A DNA stretch of 51,437 nucleotides, from positions 1 to 51,437 of IMG/VR virus record IMGVR_UViG_3300021378_002534. One strand, given 5' to 3'. Positions 1 to 7,734 of the stretch are shown one piece after another. Origin of the DNA: a virus. Taxonomy: Duplodnaviria; Caudoviricetes. The stretch's first letter is position 1. The number at the start of each line of letters is the position of its first letter. Below the pieces are notes generated by a model, which worked only from the letters and a program-made list of their open reading frames with translations, was not told where the DNA came from and did not search any database. Both the position numbers and the translations under genes were made by a program.

Positions 1-2727
1 GAAAACGCATTTAGAACATGTGGAGTGAAAAGTTTAGTATTAAACGAAGGCTTATCTGAAATCTCATATCAAGCTTTTTATAATTGTGCATCTTTAAAAA
101 GTATAAGCTTTCCCGAAACTTTATTATATATAAATCCATATTGTTTTAGTTATAACTATAGGTTACAAAACCTTAATATACCAGACAATGTTTCTGGAAT
201 AGGGAATCACGCATTCTATACTTGTTACTCGACAGCTACTTCTCAGGAGTGTTTAGACGTTGTAAATTTTGGCAGTGGACTTAAGTTTATTGAGGAGCAA
301 GCTTTTTATGGCAACGAATCACTAAGATCAGCCGATTTGCCAGAAAACATAGAATCAATAGGAGATCAGTGTTTTAAAAATTGTGGTTTAAGCGGGTTTG
401 TTAACCTTCCCGATTCTTTGAATTCAATAGGAATCAACGCTTTTGATAGTAATAATTATATTGAAAGCATCAATATAGGTGCTGGATTAACAACTCTTTC
501 CAATAACTGTTTTGAAGAATGCACAAGCCTTTCAGGTGTGTTTATACCAGATTGGTTTGAAAGTCTTAATGACCGCGTATTTTTACGTTGCTATGATATA
601 ACTACAATAAGCCTGGGTAATGGTATAGAATATATAAATGACTATGCATTTGGTGACTGTAGATCACTGACAGGTATAGATATCCCTTCTCAAATTACTG
701 GTATTGGAAATAACGCTTTTCAAACTGGACTCAATATAACTAACGTTGGTTTCGTAGAAGGTTTGGAGTATATTGGTAACAGTGCTTTTGCAAATTGTTA
801 TTCTTTGACTGGGGTTTCATTCCCAAACACTTTGAGTGGTATTGGCTCGAGTTCGTTTTCTGCTTGTTATGATTTAAGTGGTCAAATAATTTATACTCCA
901 AACCTACAATCCGTAGGTATTGGCGCTTTTCTTGCCACAGATATATATGGTATAGTATTTAATGATCATCCATCCTACAATAAAATAGAAGACTCTACAT
1001 TCTCTAGTTGTACTAAATTAACTGGACTCAATTTAGTGCCAAATATTACAGAAATAGGAAGTAGCTCGTTTGCAAGTTGCAATATTTTAAGCGGAATTAA
1101 CTTTAACGAAACTATTACAACCATTGGTCTTTCAGCTTTTAGTAGTTGCGTAAACTTAAGCGGTGTTAGCTTTCCAGATAGTATAGAGGATATCGGAAAT
1201 AGTGCTTTTGCAAATTGTTATGATTTGAGTTTTATTAACTTTAGCCAAAATAGTAATTATGATACAATACAATCCTCTTGTTTTGAAAATTGCACATCTT
1301 TAACTAATGTTTTATTACCTGATAATGTAACTGCATTAGGCAGCAGTTCTTTCAAAGGCTGTAATAGTTTGGAATATATAGATTTAAATATTTCTGTGGA
1401 ATATATAGGAACCAGTGCTTTTAAGAATTGCAGTGTTCTTAACAACCTAGATCTGCCAAGTAGCTTACTCACTATAGGAGAGGATGCTTTCAATTTTTGC
1501 CATGAATTAAAGTCTATGAGTGTTTTCCCAGAAAACCTTGTATCTATAGGAAACGAAGCTTTCAATTCTTGTGATCTATCTGGATTCCAGTCAATTTTAA
1601 CTATACCAGACAGTGTAACCTATATGGGAGTAAGCGCTTTTGCCTCTAATTCAGATAATTTAAGTGGTGTAGTTCTAGGGTCTGGTTTAACTAATCTTCG
1701 GTCTAGCGTTTTCAAAAATTGCACTAATCTAAGGGAAATAAATTTAGAAAATATAACATCCATAGAAAGCAGCGCTTTCGTCAACTGCTTAAATTTAACT
1801 GGGGCTTTAATTCCTCCCACTATGCAGTCTATGGGAACCTCTGCTTTTCAAAATACAGCCATTGAAAATATAACAATACCAAACGCAATAACAATAACAA
1901 GCAATAGTTTGTGTTACTCTGCTTCGTTTTTAACTGGTATAATTTCAGGTTTAAACTTAACTGAAATAGGCGGTAATTCTTTTCAATTTTGCGGTGCGTT
2001 AACGGAATTTTACGCAGAAGATAATTTAGAAATAATTGGCACTAGTGCATTTCAAGGTTGTTCATCAATGAGTGGTTTAGATTTAAATCAAATAACAAAT
2101 CTGAAAACTGCTGCATTTAAAAATTGCGACTCTCTACCTGAGTTCATAGAAATTCCAGACACTGTAACCTTAATGGGAACAAACATTTTTGAGGGCTGCA
2201 CTAATACTACTGGTTTTTCTTGGAGTTCTGGTTACAATGAAATACCAGCTGGCACATTTAAAGGATGTAATAATATTCAAACTTTAGAAATACCAAGCTA
2301 CATAACAGTAGTAGATGCAGAAGCTTTCATGAATTGCACTTCTATAAGCGGAGTAAGTTTTCCACAAGGAATACAATATATAGGAGGATCGTTAAGAAAC
2401 TATAATGCACTCAATGGAGCTTTTAAAGGATGCCTAGGAATAAGTGGAGAAATAATACTTCCTTCTTCATTGGAACAATTGGGCCGTTACGCTTTCTATG
2501 ACAGTAACCTTATAAGTACTTTTAAGTTTTATAGTACTACTGCTCCTTTGACAAGAGTAGATGCTTTCCCTCTAAAGTTTATCAACGACCCAAATAATAA
2601 TCCAATACACGCTCCCGTTGGAGCGGAAGCCAGTTATGCTGGACAAAGTTATACTCCATCGTATAACGCTTACGGAGACAGAAATCCAGTTAATTGGGAT
2701 TCTTTAAATATCATTTTTGATTTATGA
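1..2727 (+). CDS. BspA-type (LRR_5) leucine-rich-repeat protein, 5'-truncated; putative virion adhesin/receptor-binding protein
   Basis: More than 30 repeats of the pattern LxxIxxPxxLxxIGxxAFxxC. The frame is open from base 1 (ENAFRTCGV...), so the true start lies upstream of the window. Ends in IIFDL, like the IKDL end of the LRR paralogs at the right end. Confidence 0.9.
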   Translation, partial: ENAFRTCGVKSLVLNEGLSEISYQAFYNCASLKSISFPETLLYINPYCFSYNYRLQNLNIPDNVSGIGNHAFYTCYSTATSQECLDVVNFGSGLKFIEEQAFYGNESLRSADLPENIESIGDQCFKNCGLSGFVNLPDSLNSIGINAFDSNNYIESINIGAGLTTLSNNCFEECTSLSGVFIPDWFESLNDRVFLRCYDITTISLGNGIEYINDYAFGDCRSLTGIDIPSQITGIGNNAFQTGLNITNVGFVEGLEYIGNSAFANCYSLTGVSFPNTLSGIGSSSFSACYDLSGQIIYTPNLQSVGIGAFLATDIYGIVFNDHPSYNKIEDSTFSSCTKLTGLNLVPNITEIGSSSFASCNILSGINFNETITTIGLSAFSSCVNLSGVSFPDSIEDIGNSAFANCYDLSFINFSQNSNYDTIQSSCFENCTSLTNVLLPDNVTALGSSSFKGCNSLEYIDLNISVEYIGTSAFKNCSVLNNLDLPSSLLTIGEDAFNFCHELKSMSVFPENLVSIGNEAFNSCDLSGFQSILTIPDSVTYMGVSAFASNSDNLSGVVLGSGLTNLRSSVFKNCTNLREINLENITSIESSAFVNCLNLTGALIPPTMQSMGTSAFQNTAIENITIPNAITITSNSLCYSASFLTGIISGLNLTEIGGNSFQFCGALTEFYAEDNLEIIGTSAFQGCSSMSGLDLNQITNLKTAAFKNCDSLPEFIEIPDTVTLMGTNIFEGCTNTTGFSWSSGYNEIPAGTFKGCNNIQTLEIPSYITVVDAEAFMNCTSISGVSFPQGIQYIGGSLRNYNALNGAFKGCLGISGEIILPSSLEQLGRYAFYDSNLISTFKFYSTTAPLTRVDAFPLKFINDPNNNPIHAPVGAEASYAGQSYTPSYNAYGDRNPVNWDSLNIIFDL

Positions 2728-2897
2728 ATATAAAACCATCTTTAAAACAAGATAAAGAAACTGGTATTTGGACGGCCTGTTACAGATCTGAATTTGGTCA
2801 AGAGTTTAAAACTATGGGCCATTCAGCTGGTGATGCCATTCAATCTTGGTATAAAAGATTTGGGAAAAAATTTGGAATAATAAAAGGCGGCGGATGA
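2724..2897 (+). CDS. Small 57-aa protein, possible HicB-N-like fold (below the ORF-track cutoff)
   Basis: ATGA overlap with the LRR stop. Hand translation: MNIKPSLKQDKETGIWTACYRSEFGQEFKTMGHSAGDAIQSWYKRFGKKFGIIKGGG. Confidence 0.6.
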   Translation: MNIKPSLKQDKETGIWTACYRSEFGQEFKTMGHSAGDAIQSWYKRFGKKFGIIKGGG

Positions 2898-2911
2898 TGC
2901 GGATCTAAATA

Positions 2912-2926
2912 AAGTCGGTCCGACTT
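2912..2926. repeat. Palindrome AAGTCGG-T-CCGACTT at a convergent gene junction (terminator or protein-binding site)
   Basis: Perfect 7-bp inverted repeat between converging ORFs. Confidence 0.5.
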
Positions 2927-2928
2927 AA

Positions 2929-3318
2929 TTAATCAAAATCAACATTTATATGACTATTCTTTTTAACTGCGTCTTTCATTTGGTCCATGTGTTTGGCTCC
3001 ATTTCTTTTGCTTGAATAGTCTTTGTAGTAATTCTCCTTTATAGGATCAATTCCTCCATTTTTTTCGGCTCTTTGATGACTTAAATCTTTACTGTAATCC
3101 ATAATATCTCCCATAGATCCTTTTTTGTTTGCAGTTTTGTTTACAAAGTCCTTAGAGCTATGAGGATCGATCTGAGAGTCTATTGAAGCGTTTGGTATAG
3201 TGAATATCCTTTTCCATTCAAGGCCGTCAGAATCAAAGTATACATGCTTATCGTTCATTCCTTGAACCTCTTCTATATACTTTTCTTTATCTGGGTGTTT
3301 GTAAATATAAATAGCCAC
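2929..3318 (-). CDS. FmdB-like regulatory protein lacking the zinc-ribbon cysteines
   Basis: The N-terminus MAIYIYKHP...WKRIFTIP resembles the FmdB pattern MPxYxYxCxxC...xRxxSxP. GTG start lies 9 nt after a GTGTA motif. Confidence 0.55.
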   Translation of the reverse strand: MAIYIYKHPDKEKYIEEVQGMNDKHVYFDSDGLEWKRIFTIPNASIDSQIDPHSSKDFVNKTANKKGSMGDIMDYSKDLSHQRAEKNGGIDPIKENYYKDYSSKRNGAKHMDQMKDAVKKNSHINVDFD

Positions 3319-3327
3319 AACATATAA

Positions 3328-3332
3328 TACAC
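3328..3332 (-). promoter_or_regulatory. GTGTA motif (putative phage-sigma late promoter)
   Basis: GTGTA-N9-GTG start at 3318; the same geometry recurs before several other genes. Confidence 0.55.
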
Positions 3333-3364
3333 AAACGAGCGTAGTTTTTCAACTACACCCGCTT
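3333..3364 (-). terminator. Intrinsic terminator downstream of hsp20
   Basis: Minus strand AAGCGGGTGTAGTT-GAAA-AACTACGCTCGTTT: stem with G-U pairs, GNRA loop, U-rich 3' end. Confidence 0.7.
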
Positions 3365-3389
3365 GATTTGTTTTTGATAATCAAAGATA

Positions 3390-3710
3390 CTAATCGACTT
3401 TGATACTTAAGGTTTTTTTGATTTCTTTTTTTGGCATTGTAATTGTTAACAAACCGTCGGACATTTTAGATGAAATGCCCTCTAAGGAAACCAAGTTATT
3501 AAGAGAAACACGATATGGAGGTTTCTTCTTTTCACCTTTCTCTGCTTTAATTGTTAATGTTTCGTCAGTAACTGTGATTTTTACATCTTCCTTGGAAAAT
3601 CCAGGGAGTTCAAATTCCACAGTATAAACGTCATCGCTGCTTTTGACCAAGTTAGTTTCTTTTTGGTAAGCCCTGTCAATATTCAATAGTTCATTAATGA
3701 TTGATGTCAT
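3390..3710 (-). CDS. hsp20: Small heat-shock protein Hsp20 (alpha-crystallin domain)
   Basis: Motifs ELPGFSKEDVKI and MSDGLLTITMPK. ATG at 3710 is preferred because the track's TTG at 3728 lies inside the sigma54 -12 element. Confidence 0.92.
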   Translation of the reverse strand: MTSIINELLNIDRAYQKETNLVKSSDDVYTVEFELPGFSKEDVKITVTDETLTIKAEKGEKKKPPYRVSLNNLVSLEGISSKMSDGLLTITMPKKEIKKTLSIKVD

Positions 3711-3723
3711 AATATATCTATAT

Positions 3724-3740
3724 TGCAAATGTCATGCCAA
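3724..3740 (-). promoter_or_regulatory. sigma54 (RpoN) -24/-12 promoter of hsp20
   Basis: TTGGCATGACATTTGCA: GG-N10-GC with TGGCA and TTGCA boxes, 13 nt upstream of the ATG. Confidence 0.75.
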
Positions 3741-4811
3741 CTAAGAATCCTTGGAAATACGGGATAAAATACCATCAACTGTTTTTGAATAGGTAAATTT
3801 GTCCGCTAATTTTTGTCCCTCTGAGTTAATTTGTCCCACTTTTGCTTCTGCTTTTTCCATAGCACTAATTACTTCATCGGGGTTCCAGTTATAAAAAATG
3901 CCTTGATTGAATGGAGTGCCTTTCATAAAGAACTTACCATCTTGTACATCCATGTAACCAGAAGACTCTACAAGAATTGAATTGTCTTTATTAGCCCAAT
4001 CTTTATGAGATGTTTCGTTGAGCACAATACTCCACTTGCCTAAGCAAGTAGCATTGAATGCTGGAAGATTCCAACCTTCACCGCCAGACAAACCAGTCAA
4101 ATCAATATCTACAGCATTAAGAAATTCATTAACTTCTTTATTAGTTTTAAGATAAGGTAAAAAATTAATGTTATTAATTCTATTTCCTCCTAGGGTATTA
4201 CTAATGATGTGGGCCATTTCATCTTCTTTGAAAAAAGGATTCGTTACACAACAGGTTAATTGATACTTGTTATTGTTTCCATATTTTTTAATCCATGTTT
4301 GAATTATCTTTGCTGTATGTTTTCTGTTTTCAAATTTTCCCATCAGTCCAAAATGAACAACATCTTCCAAATAACTTTTGTCAGTTTTTTTGAATTCTGG
4401 ATCTAAACCAAGGGGTACATATGTGCCGTCAAATTGATTTGCAGCGTAACTAGAACTAAAAATTGTTTCAGTTTGTGCATGGCAGAGAGACTTCTCAATA
4501 TCTGTTGGTTCGCTACATTCATAAAATGTATAAAGATATTGTTTTGCATTCTTTCTGTTTTCAGAACCATTCAAGTGCCATATCTTAAGGGATGGAATAT
4601 CGCTAGATAAAAAATCAAACCTCTTGTTTATGGAATCTTGAAAGAATGATTTGTCATCATTGCTAAGATCGTAGGCAGATAAATCGATACTCGATTCATT
4701 CATAGGCCAGATAGCAATATCATGACCCTTACTCCTGAGCTCCTTGATAATGTTTACGGAAACATTACCAAGGCTCAGTGAGTTTAGAGGTGCGTCTACT
4801 AAGATTTTCAT
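3741..4811 (-). CDS. GT-B fold glycosyltransferase (GT4-like)
   Basis: Motifs GKFENRKH and GEGWNLPAFNA (EGFGLP-like). Confidence 0.8.
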   Translation of the reverse strand: MKILVDAPLNSLSLGNVSVNIIKELRSKGHDIAIWPMNESSIDLSAYDLSNDDKSFFQDSINKRFDFLSSDIPSLKIWHLNGSENRKNAKQYLYTFYECSEPTDIEKSLCHAQTETIFSSSYAANQFDGTYVPLGLDPEFKKTDKSYLEDVVHFGLMGKFENRKHTAKIIQTWIKKYGNNNKYQLTCCVTNPFFKEDEMAHIISNTLGGNRINNINFLPYLKTNKEVNEFLNAVDIDLTGLSGGEGWNLPAFNATCLGKWSIVLNETSHKDWANKDNSILVESSGYMDVQDGKFFMKGTPFNQGIFYNWNPDEVISAMEKAEAKVGQINSEGQKLADKFTYSKTVDGILSRISKDS

Positions 4812-5183
4812 TTAAAACGGGATATCTTCGTCGACAGAACCTGCTGTTACAGCTTGTTTAGTTTCTGTTTTTGAGTCTGAGTCATTTGATCCCCCAATAA
4901 ATTGGAAGGTGGAGGCGGAAATAAACATCTTGTTGTATTTTTTGCCTTCGGATTCCCAAGACGAACTTTTCAATTCCCCTTGAATAATAATCGGTCGACC
5001 TTTAGTAAGGTACTGATTTGCTGTTTCGGCTTGCTTGTTCCAAAGCTCCGCGTCAATAAAACACGGTTCTTTGGCTCTTTTGCCTGAGACGCAAAGCCTG
5101 ATCTTGCAAACTTTGTTGTCTCCTACTTGTCTCATCTCTGGGTCTGATGCCAGGTGTCCTGCTGCTACTATTGTATTATACAT
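4812..5183 (-). CDS. ssb: Single-stranded DNA-binding protein
   Basis: GHLASDPEMR, YLTKG and QGEL...W motifs; acidic C-terminal tail DEDIPF. Confidence 0.95.
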   Translation of the reverse strand: MYNTIVAAGHLASDPEMRQVGDNKVCKIRLCVSGKRAKEPCFIDAELWNKQAETANQYLTKGRPIIIQGELKSSSWESEGKKYNKMFISASTFQFIGGSNDSDSKTETKQAVTAGSVDEDIPF

Positions 5184-5748
5184 GATTTTCGTCTAATTTG
5201 TTTTTTACTTTTTCAATAAATCTGTCGTGGATATTTATACAACCTTGTATACTAAGGTTAAGATCTTTGGCTGCAACTTTCCACGCCACTAACTTAGTAT
5301 TGCTTGTATTGTATCTTATGTCAATGATTTTTTTCACTCTTTTATCCTTTTCTTCTCTCAGCATTGAGTTGAATATGTCAAAGGCTTCTATTTTCGAAAG
5401 CTTAACAAGGGAATCGTCCTCGTCAGATAGATCTGAGTGTATGCTTTCTAACGGGACATTTCTCTTTTCTTTCCTGTTTATCTCGTTGAGACATTTCCAT
5501 TTAGTCTGGTTTGCCAAAAATGTAGAGAACTTGCTATTCCTACTTGGATCATAATCTAAAGCGGATTTATATATCATATAATCCTTATCGTCTATAATAG
5601 ACTTTTTATTAATATTTATTCGGTCGTTCTTTGAATATTGATCCACTATGTATACATAGATTCCAGAATGTCTATTTATTAACTCAGACAGGCTTTGACT
5701 GTCTTTTGATTCTTGTATTCTTTTTATGAGGGACAGGTCGCTTTCCAT
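5176..5748 (-). CDS. Phage sigma70-family sigma factor
   Basis: Region-2 motif IYKSALDYDPSRNSKFSTFL and a C-terminal HTH (WKVAAKDLNLSIQG). Confidence 0.85.
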   Translation of the reverse strand: MESDLSLIKRIQESKDSQSLSELINRHSGIYVYIVDQYSKNDRININKKSIIDDKDYMIYKSALDYDPSRNSKFSTFLANQTKWKCLNEINRKEKRNVPLESIHSDLSDEDDSLVKLSKIEAFDIFNSMLREEKDKRVKKIIDIRYNTSNTKLVAWKVAAKDLNLSIQGCINIHDRFIEKVKNKLDENHV

Positions 5749-6314
5749 AATTTAAGTGTGTCTTCGTTTATTAGTTTATCCAAAATTTCAACAGATGTCA
5801 ATCTTAAAATGTTTTTATCTTCAAAGTTACCAAATGTAAAGTTTAAGTCTACGGACTCTTTTAACAGGAGGTTATTGGTTTTTTCGTATTCATTTGCGGG
5901 TTCAATACCATCTCTCTCTATAAAAACAGATAGGCCTTTGTTTTTCTGAACCCATTTAAGTTCGTTTTCAAATCTCAAATCTGTAATTATATTAACTGAA
6001 TCACTACATAAGTTCTCTTCAAGCTTGTTTATCCATGTGTTATCATCTATTTTCCTGATGACGTCTGTACCCCAACAAACAAGGAAGGGTCTTATGATCT
6101 TCTTTTCTTCGTCGTCTTCTGTAAAAGCTGAAATTCCAGTTTGTTCTAAAAGGAACTCATTTACTGATTCTTTCAACTCATTGGCAAAGGATACAATTTT
6201 CGTTTTAATACCCACCTCTTCAAGGATGCTAGACATGTTTTTAGCTAGAGTATCTTTACCTGACCTAGCATTGCCAGATATAGAAATTATATTAAAATCG
6301 TGCTTTAAGCTCAT
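5724..6314 (-). CDS. Deoxynucleoside monophosphate kinase (T4 gp1-like)
   Basis: P-loop GNARSGKDT, plus SFANELK, RPFLVCWGTD and ITDLRFENE. Confidence 0.88.
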   Translation of the reverse strand: MSLKHDFNIISISGNARSGKDTLAKNMSSILEEVGIKTKIVSFANELKESVNEFLLEQTGISAFTEDDEEKKIIRPFLVCWGTDVIRKIDDNTWINKLEENLCSDSVNIITDLRFENELKWVQKNKGLSVFIERDGIEPANEYEKTNNLLLKESVDLNFTFGNFEDKNILRLTSVEILDKLINEDTLKLWKATCPS

Positions 6315-6323
6315 TGTTCCTGA

Positions 6324-6352
6324 AGTATAAGAGATATATAATTAAAAGTCAA
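6324..6352 (-). promoter_or_regulatory. sigma70-type promoter for the dNMP kinase-sigma-ssb-GT4 operon
   Basis: TTGACT-N17-TATACT, 9 nt before the ATG at 6314. Confidence 0.8.
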
Positions 6353-6398
6353 GAAGTTTTATTGAAAAACAAGGCATTTTTCAAATGCTTTGCTTTGA

Positions 6399-6600
6399 GA
6401 TATTTAAATATACTTTACCGTATAGTATATACTTTACGGTTAGTAAGATAACTTATCGGTAAGTATTTTAAATATCGAGAAGTAATCGGTTAACAATAGT
6501 CTTCGATTAAGATCGTAAACAATAACTTTATCGGAAGTGTTGTTGAATACGTTTTATTATACAAAGTCGTTCCATTTTTTTCTAGTTTTTTTTTCACTTT
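6399..6600. repeat. Cluster of direct and inverted repeats with T-tracts; candidate replication origin
   Basis: ATATACTTTAC twice (6408, 6427); ATAACTT(T)ATCGG twice (6448, 6522); imperfect inverted repeat 6399-6420/6457-6476; T-runs at about 6575-6600. Confidence 0.45.
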
Positions 6601-6645
6601 CTCAAAATTCAGATTTCAAATTAAAAAAAGAAGTATATTTTCTAG

Positions 6646-6676
6646 TTGACTCATACAAATTTCTAGCTAAAGTGTA
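6646..6676 (+). promoter_or_regulatory. Overlapping sigma70-type promoter and GTGTA motif upstream of nrdB
   Basis: TTGACT-N16-TAAAGT overlapping GTGTA at 6672-6676. Confidence 0.55.
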
Positions 6677-6756
6677 AATTACCACAGCGGGGAAAAAAGG
6701 GGTGAAAACCAAAAACCGACGTATCAATAAAACAATAAAAACAAAGAAAAACAAAG

Positions 6757-7734
6757 ATGAGCATATTCGAAGAACAGATATCAAGAAAACCTAACCATTA
6801 CCCGTGGGCAGAAGAATTTATTGAGGTGATGCATAATGGATTTTGGACTGATAAAGAGTTCAGTTTTTCTTCTGATGTTCAAGATTTCCATATTACAATG
6901 GACGATCAACAGAGAGAGATCGTAATAAGAACCCTTTCTGCTATTGGTCAAATCGAAGTTGCTGTCAAAAAATTCTGGGCTAAACTAGGAGACAACCTAC
7001 CTCACCCCTCCCTTACTGATCTTGGTTATGTCATGGCCAATACAGAGGTCATTCACAATAATGCTTATGAAAGACTACTTAAGGTTCTTGGTTTAGAGGA
7101 TGTATTCGAAGAAAATCTAAAGCTAGACTTTATTGAGGGTCGCGTTAACTATTTACGTAAATATACACACAGGTTTTACAAGGACTCTAAGAAGCAGTAT
7201 TTGTATGCTCTCATTTTGTTTACCTTGTTTGTCGAAAACGTCTCACTAATGAGTCAATTCTATGTTATCAATTGGTTTTCCAGAAATAAAAACGTACTTA
7301 AGGACACGGAACAACAAGTAAGGTATACAAGGAATGAAGAAAACATTCATGCCCAAGTAGGAATTAAAATCATCAATACAATAAGAGAAGAACATCCAGA
7401 ACTTTTTGATGCCGAACTAGAGGAAAGAATTCTTCAGGAAGCCGAGCAAGCTTATATTGCAGAAGCTAAAATTATTGATTGGATGGTTAATGGTATTGAT
7501 GAGAAGGGCCTCAGTGCTCCTGTTCTTAAAGAATTTATCAAAGCTAGAATAAATGAATCCCTAGAACAAATTTCATTTAAAAAGGCTTTTGATATTGACA
7601 ATGATCTAATTAAAGATACAATGTGGTTTGAAGAGGAGTTGATGGGTAACAACTCTACAGATTTCTTCCATTCTCGCCCCGTAGAGTATTCAAAAAAATC
7701 ACAAACATTTGACTTAGACAGCGTATTTGCATGA
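6757..7734 (+). CDS. nrdB: Ribonucleotide reductase beta subunit, class Id-type
   Basis: Ferritin-like ligands E67, E97-x2-H100 and EENIH; Y104 retained; K71 in QIEVAVK; C-terminal DFF...VEY. Confidence 0.93.
   Translation: MSIFEEQISRKPNHYPWAEEFIEVMHNGFWTDKEFSFSSDVQDFHITMDDQQREIVIRTLSAIGQIEVAVKKFWAKLGDNLPHPSLTDLGYVMANTEVIHNNAYERLLKVLGLEDVFEENLKLDFIEGRVNYLRKYTHRFYKDSKKQYLYALILFTLFVENVSLMSQFYVINWFSRNKNVLKDTEQQVRYTRNEENIHAQVGIKIINTIREEHPELFDAELEERILQEAEQAYIAEAKIIDWMVNGIDEKGLSAPVLKEFIKARINESLEQISFKKAFDIDNDLIKDTMWFEEELMGNNSTDFFHSRPVEYSKKSQTFDLDSVFA

Noticed and set aside
3711-3728. TTG start of hsp20 at 3728
   Set aside because: It lies within the sigma54 -12 box; the ATG at 3710 fits the predicted transcription start.
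6330-6756. tRNA, known riboswitch or NrdR box upstream of the RNR genes
   Set aside because: No cloverleaf or T-loop signature, recognisable aptamer or NrdR-box consensus could be seen by eye.
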